IMG/VR virus record: IMGVR_UViG_3300029922_002860
Length of the DNA: 64,000 nt
Direction: 5' to 3' (one strand)
DNA from: a virus
Lineage: Duplodnaviria; Heunggongvirae; Uroviricota; Caudoviricetes
Each line of letters opens with the position of its first letter. Position 1 is the first letter of the stretch. The notes under the pieces are model-generated. The model saw only the letters and a program-made list of their open reading frames with translations. It had not been told where the DNA came from and ran no database searches. A program made the position numbers and the translations under genes. Positions 19,498-29,600 of this stretch are shown here, piece by piece.

Positions 19498-19519
19498 AGT
19501 GGTACCTCAAGATGGAGGG

Positions 19520-20371
19520 TTAGTCCGTCCAGTCCGTCGTTGCAAACCGCCAGACGGCATACGGGGAAAGATTCGCCTCCTCGGCCGCGTACCGAATCGC
19601 GAGGCTACTGCCGGCATAGAGGAGACCCGAGGCGCGGGCATAGCCAGGTTGCTCCGGTGTCGGCATCCGAAAGCATTCGCCTGGAGCCAGAGGGGTTTCA
19701 CTATCAAGGGAGATGATCCCCATATCCAGCATCTTGGATGCGAGTTCCGGGGACCACGGAGGCGGGATCGACCACCGTGCAGAAGAGAACACCCCAAGTC
19801 TCGTCCAGAGGAGGTAGGTAAACATGTTGCCGCGCGCCCGTGCGACATCGTCTCTGACACCAGGGAGTGTCGAGAACACGGTCCATGCCTTAAAGGACTC
19901 GTCCTCCATGGCGAAGCGAGTGAGGTTTCCGTAGGACGATTCCAACTCGGCCGAGAGCAGGAGCGCTTCCCTGAGAAGCCCGTTGTCGCTCATTGGGACA
20001 AAGCTTAGCGCATGGGTGAAGTGGGAAAACACTGAAGGCCCCTGCGCCTTCATCGTCCGGGCAATCGCGGTCAATACGGACACGTCCTTTGCTCCATAGG
20101 GGGCTCCTCCCGGAGAGGTTTGGGTCAGTGCCTCAAGGGCGCACATGAGCAATCCATTCTGAGACCATGTCGGTTCGGGAATCTGCTCCCTTTCCAGAAG
20201 CAAGGCGTAGGAGATGGCCGTATTGAGAACCCTGAGGCGGGTGTGATTGATTCGCACCCCACCCCCTGATTCGCCCTCCGCTGGGAGAATCATATTCTCC
20301 ATCATGGGCCAGACGCTACGGGTACTCATCGAGATTGGGTGAGTCGAGTAGATGCCAGCTTGTGCAGTCAT
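19520..20371 (-). CDS. hypothetical protein (284 aa)
   Basis: Internal Met (MTAQAGIYST...). The N-terminal extension of ORF 19520..20482 is unlikely to be real. Confidence 0.4.
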   Translation of the reverse strand: MTAQAGIYSTHPISMSTRSVWPMMENMILPAEGESGGGVRINHTRLRVLNTAISYALLLEREQIPEPTWSQNGLLMCALEALTQTSPGGAPYGAKDVSVLTAIARTMKAQGPSVFSHFTHALSFVPMSDNGLLREALLLSAELESSYGNLTRFAMEDESFKAWTVFSTLPGVRDDVARARGNMFTYLLWTRLGVFSSARWSIPPPWSPELASKMLDMGIISLDSETPLAPGECFRMPTPEQPGYARASGLLYAGSSLAIRYAAEEANLSPYAVWRFATTDWTD

Positions 20372-20429
20372 GGGCGAGAGATTAGTAAGACGTGCTCTTC
20401 GGGGTCGTAGGGTGGGAACCGGTCCTGCC

Positions 20430-20774
20430 TTAGGTGAGTGGTGCGGGCCGAGACTTGGGCTTCGGGCCTGCCGGCGCGGCATTTGGCTGAGCGCTCGTTG
20501 CCTGCCGGGGGCGGCCCTTCAGATCCAGTCCGCATTCGAGGCGCTGGGCGGGGGTCCATGCCTCGATAGGCACCTCTTCGAAGCCCATGAATTGGATGCT
20601 GTAGCGCGAGGTCCCTAGCAGCGCATTGAGCGTTTCGAGCGCCGCGTCCTCGGAAAGGGCGGCAAAGCTGGCTTCGGATATTACCCGTGCGCCAGAGATT
20701 CGCGAGGTTGTAAACCGGAAGTGGTACTTCCCGAACCAAGGTTGGGAAGTTGGGCATTTAAGCAGTTGTGGCAT
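20430..20774 (-). CDS. hypothetical protein (114 aa)
   Basis: Internal ATG preceded by CCCATAATTACTTT. The upstream Pro/Arg-rich extension was rejected. Confidence 0.4.
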   Translation of the reverse strand: MPQLLKCPTSQPWFGKYHFRFTTSRISGARVISEASFAALSEDAALETLNALLGTSRYSIQFMGFEEVPIEAWTPAQRLECGLDLKGRPRQATSAQPNAAPAGPKPKSRPAPLT

Positions 20775-20781
20775 AAAGTAA

Positions 20782-21501
20782 TTATGGGTTGGGCGGGGGA
20801 GAGGAACCGTCAGCCGGGGGGTCGTCTTTCTTCTCTTCCTCAGGGTCCTTCTGCCAGTCGGTGAAGGCACCAAGGAAGCCCTCGGCGTCGTCCGACCCGG
20901 CAGGGTCCTTGTCGGCCACGGCAGTCGAGGCGGTCGATGAAAGCCCAAGGATGTTGTCGCCGCCAATCTCGGGCTGCGGGGCGTCGCCGGCCTCGACGAC
21001 CTGGAACTCGTCAGCAAGCTCGGCAACTCGCTCGGCGAGATAACCGACTGAGCCGTAATTGCGGATCACCCAGTCGGCGTCCCCAATTCCGACCTCGGTG
21101 TTGTCGCGGACAACCCCCCTGCGGTCCATCCACACGATCACGGGCACGAGCCCGCAATCCCGGATGTGCTGGCGGGCCGCGCGAAGCTCCACCCTGCGGC
21201 GAACCCCAGAGATGACCCGCACCCCGCGCTTGAGCAGGGGGGCGACCAGGGCCGTGGGCGTATTGGCGCACAGGGCGTTCCCCACGCGAACCAAATCAGG
21301 AACCAGATCGTCCTTTTCGAGGGACTCCAATTCCCAGGGGCGTACCCCGCGCTCCTTCGCAAGCTCCTCGTAAACAATGGATGAGGTGGCCGCGTGCGTG
21401 ACCCTGGCCGCGTGCGAGAACAGCTGCCCCGCGAGCTTCTTCCCGGACTTCGGCCATCCAATGAAGATGAAGACGTAGTTGAATGGTGTGGTCCGTTTCA
21501 T
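20782..21501 (-). CDS. P-loop nucleotide/nucleoside kinase-like protein with acidic C-terminal tail
   Basis: Walker A FIGWPKSGKK. CCATCTTGACCC abuts the ATG. Confidence 0.5.
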   Translation of the reverse strand: MKRTTPFNYVFIFIGWPKSGKKLAGQLFSHAARVTHAATSSIVYEELAKERGVRPWELESLEKDDLVPDLVRVGNALCANTPTALVAPLLKRGVRVISGVRRRVELRAARQHIRDCGLVPVIVWMDRRGVVRDNTEVGIGDADWVIRNYGSVGYLAERVAELADEFQVVEAGDAPQPEIGGDNILGLSSTASTAVADKDPAGSDDAEGFLGAFTDWQKDPEEEKKDDPPADGSSPPPNP

Positions 21502-21517
21502 GGGTCAAGATGGCTGG
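21502..21517 (-). promoter_or_regulatory. conserved upstream motif CCAGCCATCTTGACCC (class B)
   Basis: Motif abuts the ATG of gene 20782..21501. Confidence 0.45.
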
Positions 21518-21826
21518 ATCTTACTTGAATGGGGCGGTAAAATTGAGTGCCACTGACAGGGTGAAGTTCTTGCCGAACTAAGATTGTCGCCAGTTAGCGC
21601 CGAACCGGAGGGCCATGGCCCGTTCGAAAACACTATGCATGTGCGCATTGTAGCGTTCCGCTGGGGAGCGGTAGCGGCGAGGTTTGCGAACGGGCGCCTG
21701 TGGTGGGTTACCGACAGGTTGTTCGTGGCAGGATGGGGAGGGCATAGGTGGCCGAGTTGGTTGTTGGAGAAATACGGTTGTGCGATGCGGAAACAGACAG
21801 ATTGCGGCAAGCAGCGGCATATCCCA

Positions 21827-23266
21827 TTACTTGAAAGCCAACGTCGCTGCGTGCTCGATGCACCGCACTTGAGCCGCGTTCGGGGAACCGTCTGTGTTAA
21901 GTCCAACCCAACTCGCGGCCATATCCTTGAGAGTCCCGGGAAGCCCTCGGACGCTATCCGCAACGTGCAGGGCTCGCACAAGCTCCCGAAGTGAAGGGGC
22001 CTGCTTCGCCTGCCCGTCCTCCTTGAGCTTCCGGACCATTTTGCCAAACTTCACAAGTGATTCCGCTGCGCTCGGGGCAAATCCAAGTGCCTTGCACTCG
22101 CTCTTGAGGATGCCGAGTTTGCGGGGGTCAGGCATCTTGTAGTAGACTTGGTGCCAGCGGGAAGCCTCGGCGGGATCATCTTCCTCTACGTCATAGCTGC
22201 CGCCAGCGTTGGTCGTGCCGATGATCGACAGATGGGACTCGGGGCATTCCAGGGTCTCAATAACCGGGGGAAGGTCCTTGAAGCTGGAGAACACGGGCCG
22301 ACCAGACTTCATCCGATAGATGATCTTACCGTCCTTCGTCGTCGCCGGGGAGAGCGCACTGAGGAATACGCTGCGCTCACGGCGGGGGACACGGCGTATT
22401 TCGTCCACAATGAGAAGGACCCTGCGTCCTGCGGCGGCGTGCCGAAAAGCCTCGGTGACGGGACCGTCAACCCACGCAAGACCTTCCTTGCCCGGGAGGG
22501 CCAGTGTGCCACCAAGGAAATCAATGGCCTCCATCCCTGCGTGTCCGTGACACTCGATCACTACGTCGAATTTATCCTTCTCCGCGAAGGCTCGCGCATC
22601 CGTGGTCTTGCCTTCGCCGAACTCGCCGAAAACAAGCACAGGAAACTTGCGGTGTTTCCCGGGATTGGCAGGGCACACCCGCTCAAAAGTTTCCATCAAC
22701 TCAGTGAGCGCGGCCACTTGCGTGGATGTGCCAGGGCCAGAGGTCAGCAAGTCGAGGACGGAATCGACACCCCCGGTTTGCGTTAGGTGGAAGGCGACAG
22801 TCGCCACATGCTTGCAACCAAGCTCGCGCCCGCCTGCTGCGTTGTACTCTCGCCAAAAACCGCAAACCGAGTCGCCTTTGGCGAAATCGACGCCATCGCG
22901 GGCCTGCTTCTTGAATTCCGCAGCGGTAAACCCGCTTGTGCGACCCAGGCCGGACACGGCCTCGGCCAAGGAATTCGTCATCTTAGCGGCATCCCACTCC
23001 CCCTTCATGTAGGCCGGACCGCAAATCGGAAACCAGCAGTCGGTCGTAAGGTCGATGCGTCGGCAAAACCCGACCGTGTGCTGTTTACTCCCCGCCCGAA
23101 GCGTCCAGAAAGCGCCCACCGCGGGGTAGGAGGTTCCTGTCCCGGTTTCCGGGAACGGGAACGTAAGGACCTTGGGGTCGCCAGTGACGGAATATGCAGT
23201 GTCCGTGTCGCTGCGCATAACCCTCCCCATGGCCTCCTTGAGCGCATCTTTGGAAAAGTATCGCAT
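21827..23266 (-). CDS. MoxR-family AAA+ ATPase (CobS/NorQ-like)
   Basis: Walker A GEFGEGKT, Walker B LLIVDEI, and MoxR-like length. CCCCATCTTGCCCT upstream of the ATG. Confidence 0.7.
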   Translation of the reverse strand: MRYFSKDALKEAMGRVMRSDTDTAYSVTGDPKVLTFPFPETGTGTSYPAVGAFWTLRAGSKQHTVGFCRRIDLTTDCWFPICGPAYMKGEWDAAKMTNSLAEAVSGLGRTSGFTAAEFKKQARDGVDFAKGDSVCGFWREYNAAGGRELGCKHVATVAFHLTQTGGVDSVLDLLTSGPGTSTQVAALTELMETFERVCPANPGKHRKFPVLVFGEFGEGKTTDARAFAEKDKFDVVIECHGHAGMEAIDFLGGTLALPGKEGLAWVDGPVTEAFRHAAAGRRVLLIVDEIRRVPRRERSVFLSALSPATTKDGKIIYRMKSGRPVFSSFKDLPPVIETLECPESHLSIIGTTNAGGSYDVEEDDPAEASRWHQVYYKMPDPRKLGILKSECKALGFAPSAAESLVKFGKMVRKLKEDGQAKQAPSLRELVRALHVADSVRGLPGTLKDMAASWVGLNTDGSPNAAQVRCIEHAATLAFK

Positions 23267-23283
23267 AGGGCAAGATGGGGAGG
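23267..23283 (-). promoter_or_regulatory. conserved upstream motif CCTCCCCATCTTGCCCT (class B)
   Basis: Motif abuts the ATG of the AAA ATPase gene. Confidence 0.45.
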
Positions 23284-24849
23284 CTATTTCCTGGCGAAAC
23301 TCTTGAAGTCCACCGTTGCGACTATGGCTTCAAGCAGATCCATCGGTTGCTCGCGTATCAGTGCGAGTGGGAACCATGACTTGAGTGTGGGGGCCATGCT
23401 TTCATCCCCGCAGTAGAGGCCGATGGGCCGGATATTGTGGGACGCTAGCCACGCCCTGTCCACCGGGGCGTCCGTGATCCGCCCGTCGGTGTAGCAGAAC
23501 ACGAAATCGCACTTGAGAAGCGTGGGGAGGCTAAGTTTCAGCGCCGGTTCAATGCCCTCTGCGCCGCCGTTATTCGGGATGCGCTCAAAAAACGAATCGG
23601 GAAGCGGAAACGCGTAGCTCGCGCAACGGCTCTTGCCTCCCACAATCTGGTGAAGAATGACGTGTCCCGTTACCAGCCCCCGCCGAGCCATGAGGTTAAG
23701 CCCCATGGCTATGGCGATACCTATAGCAATGACCCCTCTCATGCTCCCGGAGCAGTCGATGAGATATGCGATTTCAACGGGACGGCCCTTCCCTCCACTA
23801 ATGGGACATGTGCGTCGGCGGTAAAAGTCGCTTCGACCCGCAATGTAGGCCCGCGTGGAAAGTCGCTTCGAGGCGTGACAGGTCCTCTCCTTGGTTTCTG
23901 TGGGGGCCAGGAGCGAGGAAAGTCGGTCGGCAACTCTGCCGGCCAAGTCGTGGTCCAGCGTCTGGACTGGACCTGAGGCGATGATTCCATGATTGGAAGT
24001 GTCGGGCTCGCTCTCGACGGATTCCTCATCGACCTCCTCTCTCGGCCCGCCGCCTTCACCCTCTTCCCCCGACTGTAGCTGCGCAAGCTGCACGAGCGCA
24101 TCAAACACCTCCTGGGTCAGCCCGAGACTCATCGCGAGGTCCATTGGGAGCCCGTCTTCCTTTTTGCCAAACTCAGCTTTCCACTCCTTCATCAGCGGAA
24201 TCAGGCCCGCCGAGGTCTTCGTCGCTATGGTCTTGGCGTAGTAGTAATCCCGCACCCGCTTGACCCAAGCCTCCCCAAGAACCGCCTCGATTAGAAGGTC
24301 GTCGCTATGAATGCCCCGGTTCTGGATCAGGTTAAAGTAATAGCCATTCGGGTCGGAGGCGGGGGTCAGCGTTTCATAGTCCAGCCACTTCATCGGGAAA
24401 CCGAACTTTTCGCGTCCGTAATGCTCGATTCTCGCGTCCTCGAATATGTTGAACAAACGGAACGGGAGCCCGTGCTTTTCGAGAAGCTTGTTCATCTTGC
24501 GAAGGTCCCGAACCGTCAGGCATGCATGGCAAAACTCGTGGTGGGCGTAGCACGTGATATAGCCCTGCCAACCGCTGCCCGGGACCAGTTTGTTGAGTGC
24601 CGTGAGGCAGAAGTGGATCAGGTGTGCCCCAGGTACGCCACGGAAAGACCAGCAAGCAGTGCCGGGGGACGGGTTGCTCTGTGTGCGGGGGGCCGCAATC
24701 CCTCTGACGACAAACCGGAGCGCCTCGCCGACAAAGCGGTCGAACCGCTCGTCAAAGCGCAATTCCCTGCGAAGGTTTTCCAGGAACTCAATCGCTTCCT
24801 CCGTTGTCGGAAGCTCCGCAGTGGGCGATATGGCGACGGCAAGCGGCAT
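23284..24849 (-). CDS. von Willebrand factor A domain protein (CobT/NorD/ViaA-like partner of the AAA ATPase)
   Basis: MIDAS motif DCSGSM near the C-terminus. CCCATCTTGGATC immediately before the ATG. Confidence 0.65.
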   Translation of the reverse strand: MPLAVAISPTAELPTTEEAIEFLENLRRELRFDERFDRFVGEALRFVVRGIAAPRTQSNPSPGTACWSFRGVPGAHLIHFCLTALNKLVPGSGWQGYITCYAHHEFCHACLTVRDLRKMNKLLEKHGLPFRLFNIFEDARIEHYGREKFGFPMKWLDYETLTPASDPNGYYFNLIQNRGIHSDDLLIEAVLGEAWVKRVRDYYYAKTIATKTSAGLIPLMKEWKAEFGKKEDGLPMDLAMSLGLTQEVFDALVQLAQLQSGEEGEGGGPREEVDEESVESEPDTSNHGIIASGPVQTLDHDLAGRVADRLSSLLAPTETKERTCHASKRLSTRAYIAGRSDFYRRRTCPISGGKGRPVEIAYLIDCSGSMRGVIAIGIAIAMGLNLMARRGLVTGHVILHQIVGGKSRCASYAFPLPDSFFERIPNNGGAEGIEPALKLSLPTLLKCDFVFCYTDGRITDAPVDRAWLASHNIRPIGLYCGDESMAPTLKSWFPLALIREQPMDLLEAIVATVDFKSFARK

Positions 24850-24873
24850 GATCCAAGATGGGAAGGTCCTTCC

Positions 24874-25083
24874 CTAAGCAGGCTCGACCTCGGAGATTGC
24901 GACCTTGTGTCCGACCCGAGCCTCAAGAGCCGTCCACGCTGCGTGGAGCTGGCGCGCACGGTTTGCCACCACACCCTTTCGGGTCTCACCATCGGAGGAC
25001 AGGTTTTCAGGAGAAAGCTGGTCGGCTAACTCCTGAAACTCCTTCCGTTGGGAATCGGAGAGCGTGGATCGCGAAGGGGGCAT
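24874..25083 (-). CDS. small hypothetical protein (69 aa)
   Basis: ATG preceded by CTCCATCTTGGGGGGA. Confidence 0.4.
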   Translation of the reverse strand: MPPSRSTLSDSQRKEFQELADQLSPENLSSDGETRKGVVANRARQLHAAWTALEARVGHKVAISEVEPA

Positions 25084-25101
25084 TCCCCCCAAGATGGAGC
25101 C

Positions 25102-25542
25102 TCAAAAACCGAAACTGCCCTGCGCTGGCGGAGTCGGAGATGTATGCATCCGGTACCTCACCTGGACCCCGTCCTGACGACCTCGCCCCATCAGGAAGTC
25201 GAGGAACTCAGGAGCCCAACCCTCGGCCATTGACCATGCCTCGCGGTCTATCTCGCTCAGTAGGACCCTTCGCGGGGCTTCCGTGACCTCGATCAGACAC
25301 GAGTCCCCCTTGAACGCCCCTTCCTTGAACGGTCCTGACCAAATCCGCACGAGATCACCGGGCCTAAGAGCACGCCACCTTGCGAACTGCTCGGGACCGT
25401 CCTGAGGAAATCGGGTGGTGGAAGTCCGCTCGCCTTTGACGACCGCCTCAAAGCATGTCTTGGCCGTCACACCATGCCTCTGACTTTTCCCGAAGCGGAA
25501 GTACATCGAGGCGTCGAGGCGCACGTGGGTAGCCGGCTCCAT
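25102..25542 (-). CDS. ASCH/PUA-like beta-barrel domain protein
   Basis: VKGERTSTTRFPQ...LRPGDLVRIW pattern. Last gene of an operon. Confidence 0.4.
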   Translation of the reverse strand: MEPATHVRLDASMYFRFGKSQRHGVTAKTCFEAVVKGERTSTTRFPQDGPEQFARWRALRPGDLVRIWSGPFKEGAFKGDSCLIEVTEAPRRVLLSEIDREAWSMAEGWAPEFLDFLMGRGRQDGVQVRYRMHTSPTPPAQGSFGF

Positions 25543-25554
25543 AGGGAGGTTTGT

Positions 25555-25728
25555 CTACGAAAGATTGCAGACGACGAACACGACGGAGCCGATGGCAAGG
25601 AACCATAGGGAAAGCTCCAACCGGTAGGCGCGAATGTAGTCGCGAAGGCCACGGCCAACGGCATGACGACCGCCTCCACGCCTGTGCTGTCGGGTGGAAC
25701 AGGGCCGGACGATGAGGGGGCCGCTCAT
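25555..25728 (-). CDS. small membrane protein (57 aa)
   Basis: C-terminal transmembrane helix. Its ATG overlaps the upstream stop. CCCCAATTCCCCA precedes it. Confidence 0.3.
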   Translation of the reverse strand: MSGPLIVRPCSTRQHRRGGGRHAVGRGLRDYIRAYRLELSLWFLAIGSVVFVVCNLS

Positions 25729-25973
25729 TGGGGAATTGGGGAGGGGGCCGGCGTTTGCGAACTGCTCGCTGCGCAGTCCGGGATGGTCTGCCGGGGTTCG
25801 TACATGTGCCGCGGTATCATTCCCTGGGGGCATTCACGCCATGCCTTCTTCCGTTCAAGCCCAACGAGCTTGTTGTCGATGACCTTTAGGGCCGTTCGAA
25901 ATTGAGGGGACTCAGCCTGCTGCGCGGTTACCGCTGCGTTGCGGATGATCGAGAGAGCTGTGTAGAGGTTCAT
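25725..25973 (-). CDS. hypothetical protein (82 aa)
   Basis: ORF in translationally coupled series. Confidence 0.35.
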   Translation of the reverse strand: MNLYTALSIIRNAAVTAQQAESPQFRTALKVIDNKLVGLERKKAWRECPQGMIPRHMYEPRQTIPDCAASSSQTPAPSPIPQ

Positions 25974-25986
25974 GCGAGGTCGCCCG

Positions 25987-26379
25987 TCAACGGATTGTCC
26001 GGCCGGCGCTGGGGATGGTCGCTATGTGTGAAGATACGATTCGCCGTAGGAATAGGTCGCAGCTGTCAAGGTAGTCTCCTGCAACCTGGGTCAGGCCGCC
26101 TCCGTTGAGCGCCGCAGTGGCGAACTCGTGAAGCCCGCTTTGGTTCACAAGCCACGGGAGCCCGTCGGGGCGAACCGCGTCCGCCGGCGGCCGAAGCGTT
26201 TTGATAGATTTGTCGGCAACGCGCACGTCGTTGTAGACGTGTACGCGGAGCTGGGTCTCGGCCCATTCGTAGAAGTCATCGGAGATCCTGGTCATCTTGG
26301 TGGCAAGGCCCGGACGCTTGCGGACGCACTCAAAAGTGAAGTCCCGGAGCTGTGTCTTGTTAAGGAGTGAAGTGCTCAT
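25987..26379 (-). CDS. hypothetical protein (130 aa)
   Basis: Preceded by a canonical extended -10 (TGGTATAAT) 10 nt upstream of its ATG. Confidence 0.5.
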   Translation of the reverse strand: MSTSLLNKTQLRDFTFECVRKRPGLATKMTRISDDFYEWAETQLRVHVYNDVRVADKSIKTLRPPADAVRPDGLPWLVNQSGLHEFATAALNGGGLTQVAGDYLDSCDLFLRRIVSSHIATIPSAGRTIR

Positions 26380-26384
26380 GATCG

Positions 26385-26400
26385 CGCCTATTATACCAGT
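26385..26400 (-). promoter_or_regulatory. sigma-70-like extended -10 element TGGTATAAT
   Basis: Exact TG-n-TATAAT 10 nt upstream of ATG 26379, giving a near-leaderless transcript. Confidence 0.4.
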
Positions 26401-26549
26401 CGGGAAAATGGGACACGACCGTTTGTTTCGATTTTCAGGAACTTACAAAACGCCGCGCTCCGAGAGAAATACATGTTGACAGAAAAACGAGAACCCGAGG
26501 CTTCTCCTCTGAAACGCGGGGTCCGGGCTTGTTCTGGGAGCGTTGTCAT
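26391..26549 (-). CDS. possible small ORF or 5' leader (52 aa, atypical codon usage)
   Basis: CCCCATACTTAGACTG then ATG. Codons are T-rich, so it may be a noncoding leader. Confidence 0.2.
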   Translation of the reverse strand: MTTLPEQARTPRFRGEASGSRFSVNMYFSRSAAFCKFLKIETNGRVPFSRLV

Positions 26550-26600
26550 CAGTCTAAGTATGGGGAGGATCAAAGGCTCTTTTGTTGCTGGAGCGACGGC

Positions 26601-29600
26601 CTAGACCAGGGTTGTTTCCCTGTGGAAGGGGTTCTGCATAACGCCCTCCCGCAGTCGGGGAATCTCCGGCTTGTAGGGTTTCACCTGGACCTCAAAGGAG
26701 TCAGGGACGACAGAAGGATGACGAAACATGGTGCGCAGCGCTGCGAGGCTCATCTTTACCTTCCCCTTGAACTTCTTGCCGGAATCGGTGTTCGTGACCT
26801 CAAGAACCGTGCCGCCCTTTTGCCGTTGTTCGAGGGACCGCGCCCTTTCCTCGAAGTCGCCAGCCTCGGGTCCGGCCACACTCGCCGTCGTGCCCAGAAC
26901 GACTGCGGCCGTCATGTCTTCGAGCAGGACCATGTCATTCATGCTGAGGCGGACGCCGTCCTCCCCTTTTAGGACCCGTCCGGACATCACCACCGGCTTG
27001 TCGCCGCGAATGATCTCGTACGCCTTTTCGAAGCTGTCGGAATAGCAATGGACAGGATACCCCCCGTGGGGGGTGTCGAGGACAAAGGCCGCCCATTGGC
27101 GACCGTCTTTCTTGGCGTTCTTGATCGTGAGTTCGGAGACCAAGCCGCAAAGCCTGAAGTGGGTGTTCCCGTGTGTCGTTTGCAACTCGGACGGTTCGTG
27201 CGAGGAGAGCGCTGACACAAGGGGGATGATGTCGTCCAGAGGGTGCCCCGAAAGGTAGAAGCCGAAGTAGAGCTTTTCTGCCGCCAAAGCCTCAGAACGG
27301 GGAAAATCCGCCTCGGCCGGGCCGGTAACGAAGACCGGGGCGGGCTCCGGCATGTCAAAAAGGAGCCCTTGTCCGGAGCGTTCGGCCTGGCGGGCGTCCT
27401 CTGCATTCGCAACGACGGTATCGAGGCGAGCGAGGAGCCTCCCCTGGTTCGTCTCCACGGAATTGAACGCCCCGGTCTTAATCAGGGCTTCCAGAGCCCT
27501 CCGGTTGACCTCCCTTTTGTCCACACGGGCCGCGAGGTCATCAATCGAGGCAAAGGGGCCATGTTCGTCCCGAGCCCGCACAATGGCCTCTGCTGCGGAC
27601 TCTCCCATGGTCTTAATCCCGCTTAGACCGTACCGGACCCCTCGGCCTTCGGGGGTGAAGCAGGCTTTCGAGTGGTTTACGTCCGGCCCCAGTAGGTCGA
27701 GCCCCATGGCCCTCACTTCCTGGCAGAACTTCGCGCACTTTTCCGTGGACCCGATTTCCGAGGTCAGCAGCGCGGACATGTACTCTGCCGGGTGATGCTG
27801 TTTCAGGTAGGCCGTCTGGTAGGCGAGCAGTGCATACCCTACCGAGTGAGACTTGTTGAATCCGTAGCCGGCGAAGCGTTCAAGTACGTCGAAAATCTTG
27901 TTCGCGTCCTCGGCCTTGATGCCGTTCACACGGGCCGCCCCCTCGACGAACACGTCGCGCTGCTTGACCATCTCCTCCAGTTTCTTTTTCCCCATGGCCC
28001 GGCGCAGCAGATCCGCTTGCCCAAGCGAGAAGCCTGCGACCGCCTGGGCTGCCTGCATAACTTGCTCCTGGTACACCATGATGCCATAGGTCTCCCGGCA
28101 AATCGGCTCCAATAGCGGGTGCATGTACGTTACGGAGGAGGGGTCGTTCTTCCCCTGGATGTATTCCGGGATCAGGTCCATCGGGCCAGGCCGGAACAAG
28201 GCGTTGGCGGCGGCAATCTCCTCGAACTTGGTGATATGGATCTGCCGACACAGAGACTGCATTCCCGTGCTTTCCAGCTGAAACACGCCCACTGTCCTTC
28301 CGGTGCGGATCAGTTTCAGGGTATCCTCGTCATCGAGGGGGGCTGTCTCGATGCTGAACTTCTCAAACCCTTCCTTCTCGCGGATGAACCGTTGCGCGTG
28401 GTTGATGACCGTGAGCGTCTTTAGGCCAAGGAAGTCCATCTTCAGCAAGCCAAGGTCGCTCACGATGTTCATGTCGTAGGCTGACAGCATCTCCTCGCCC
28501 TGGCGCGCTAGCGGTACGGCAAGCTCAAGCGGCTTGTCGGAGATGAGCACCCCCGACGCGTGCTTGCTCGGGTTGCGCACCATCCCCTCGATGATCCCCG
28601 CCTGCTCGTAAATCGTGCGGAACGTGGGGGAAGATGCCACTATCCCACGGAACTCCGCGTTGTAGTCGTAGGTGTGCTGGAGGTCGTCAGTCGCGTCGTC
28701 GGAAACGAGCTTCGCCAGCTTGTCGGCGTCGGCTAGGGGGATCGAATGGACGCGGCAGAGGTCCCGGAGCGCCCCGCGCGGGCCGAGAGTATTGAAGGTG
28801 ATGATCCCCGAAACACACTGTTCGCCGTACTTTTGGCGCACGTATTCGATAACCTCGCCCCTGCGGTCTTCCGCGAAGTCTATGTCGAGGTCAGGCGGAG
28901 AAACGCGCTCCGGGTTGAGGAACCGCTCGAACAGCAGACCGTACTTGTACGGGTCGATTGCCGTGATCCCAAGAGAGTAGGCCACCATGCACCCGGCGCC
29001 GGAGCCACGCCCGGGGCCAACCGAGATTTCCTTCGACTTTGCGTGGTCCACAAAGTCGGAGACGATCAGGAAGTAATCCGTGAAGCCGGTCTTCGCGATG
29101 ACATCAAGCTCGTGCTTGAGCCGGTCCGCTACCTTCTGCGCCTCGGGGTGAGGAATGCCCTTGGGTTCGATGGCGAGGCCGGCAAGGGGAACGCTTGCCC
29201 CTGAGAGCGAGTAATAGTCGATCCCGTACAGCTTGGCCACTCCCTTGGCACAGCAGTATTCGAGGTATTGGTGGCTGGTGGCAAAACCCTCGGGTTGAGC
29301 GAATGCTGGGTAGTGCTTGCCGGAAAAGTCGATCTTCAGGTCGCACATGTCGGCGACGACCTTCGTGTTCGTAAGCGCATCCGGCATCTCGCTGAACAGG
29401 GTCCCCATCTCCGACGGGGACTTGAGCCAGAACTGCCTTGCGTCGTAGCGCATCCGGTCCGGGTCGCTCAGCTTGGACCCGGTCTGGATGCAAAGCATTG
29501 CGTCGTGGGCATCCGCATGCCCCTGCATGATGTAATGAACGTCGTTTGACGCGACGGTTCTCAGACCAAAGCGCTTCGCGAGTTCCCGAAGCGGGGTTAT

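Noticed and set aside
21505-22047. 180-aa minus-strand ORF spanning the low-GC intergenic region
   Set aside because: Its AT-rich third-position codon usage is unlike all confident genes. Treated as noncoding.
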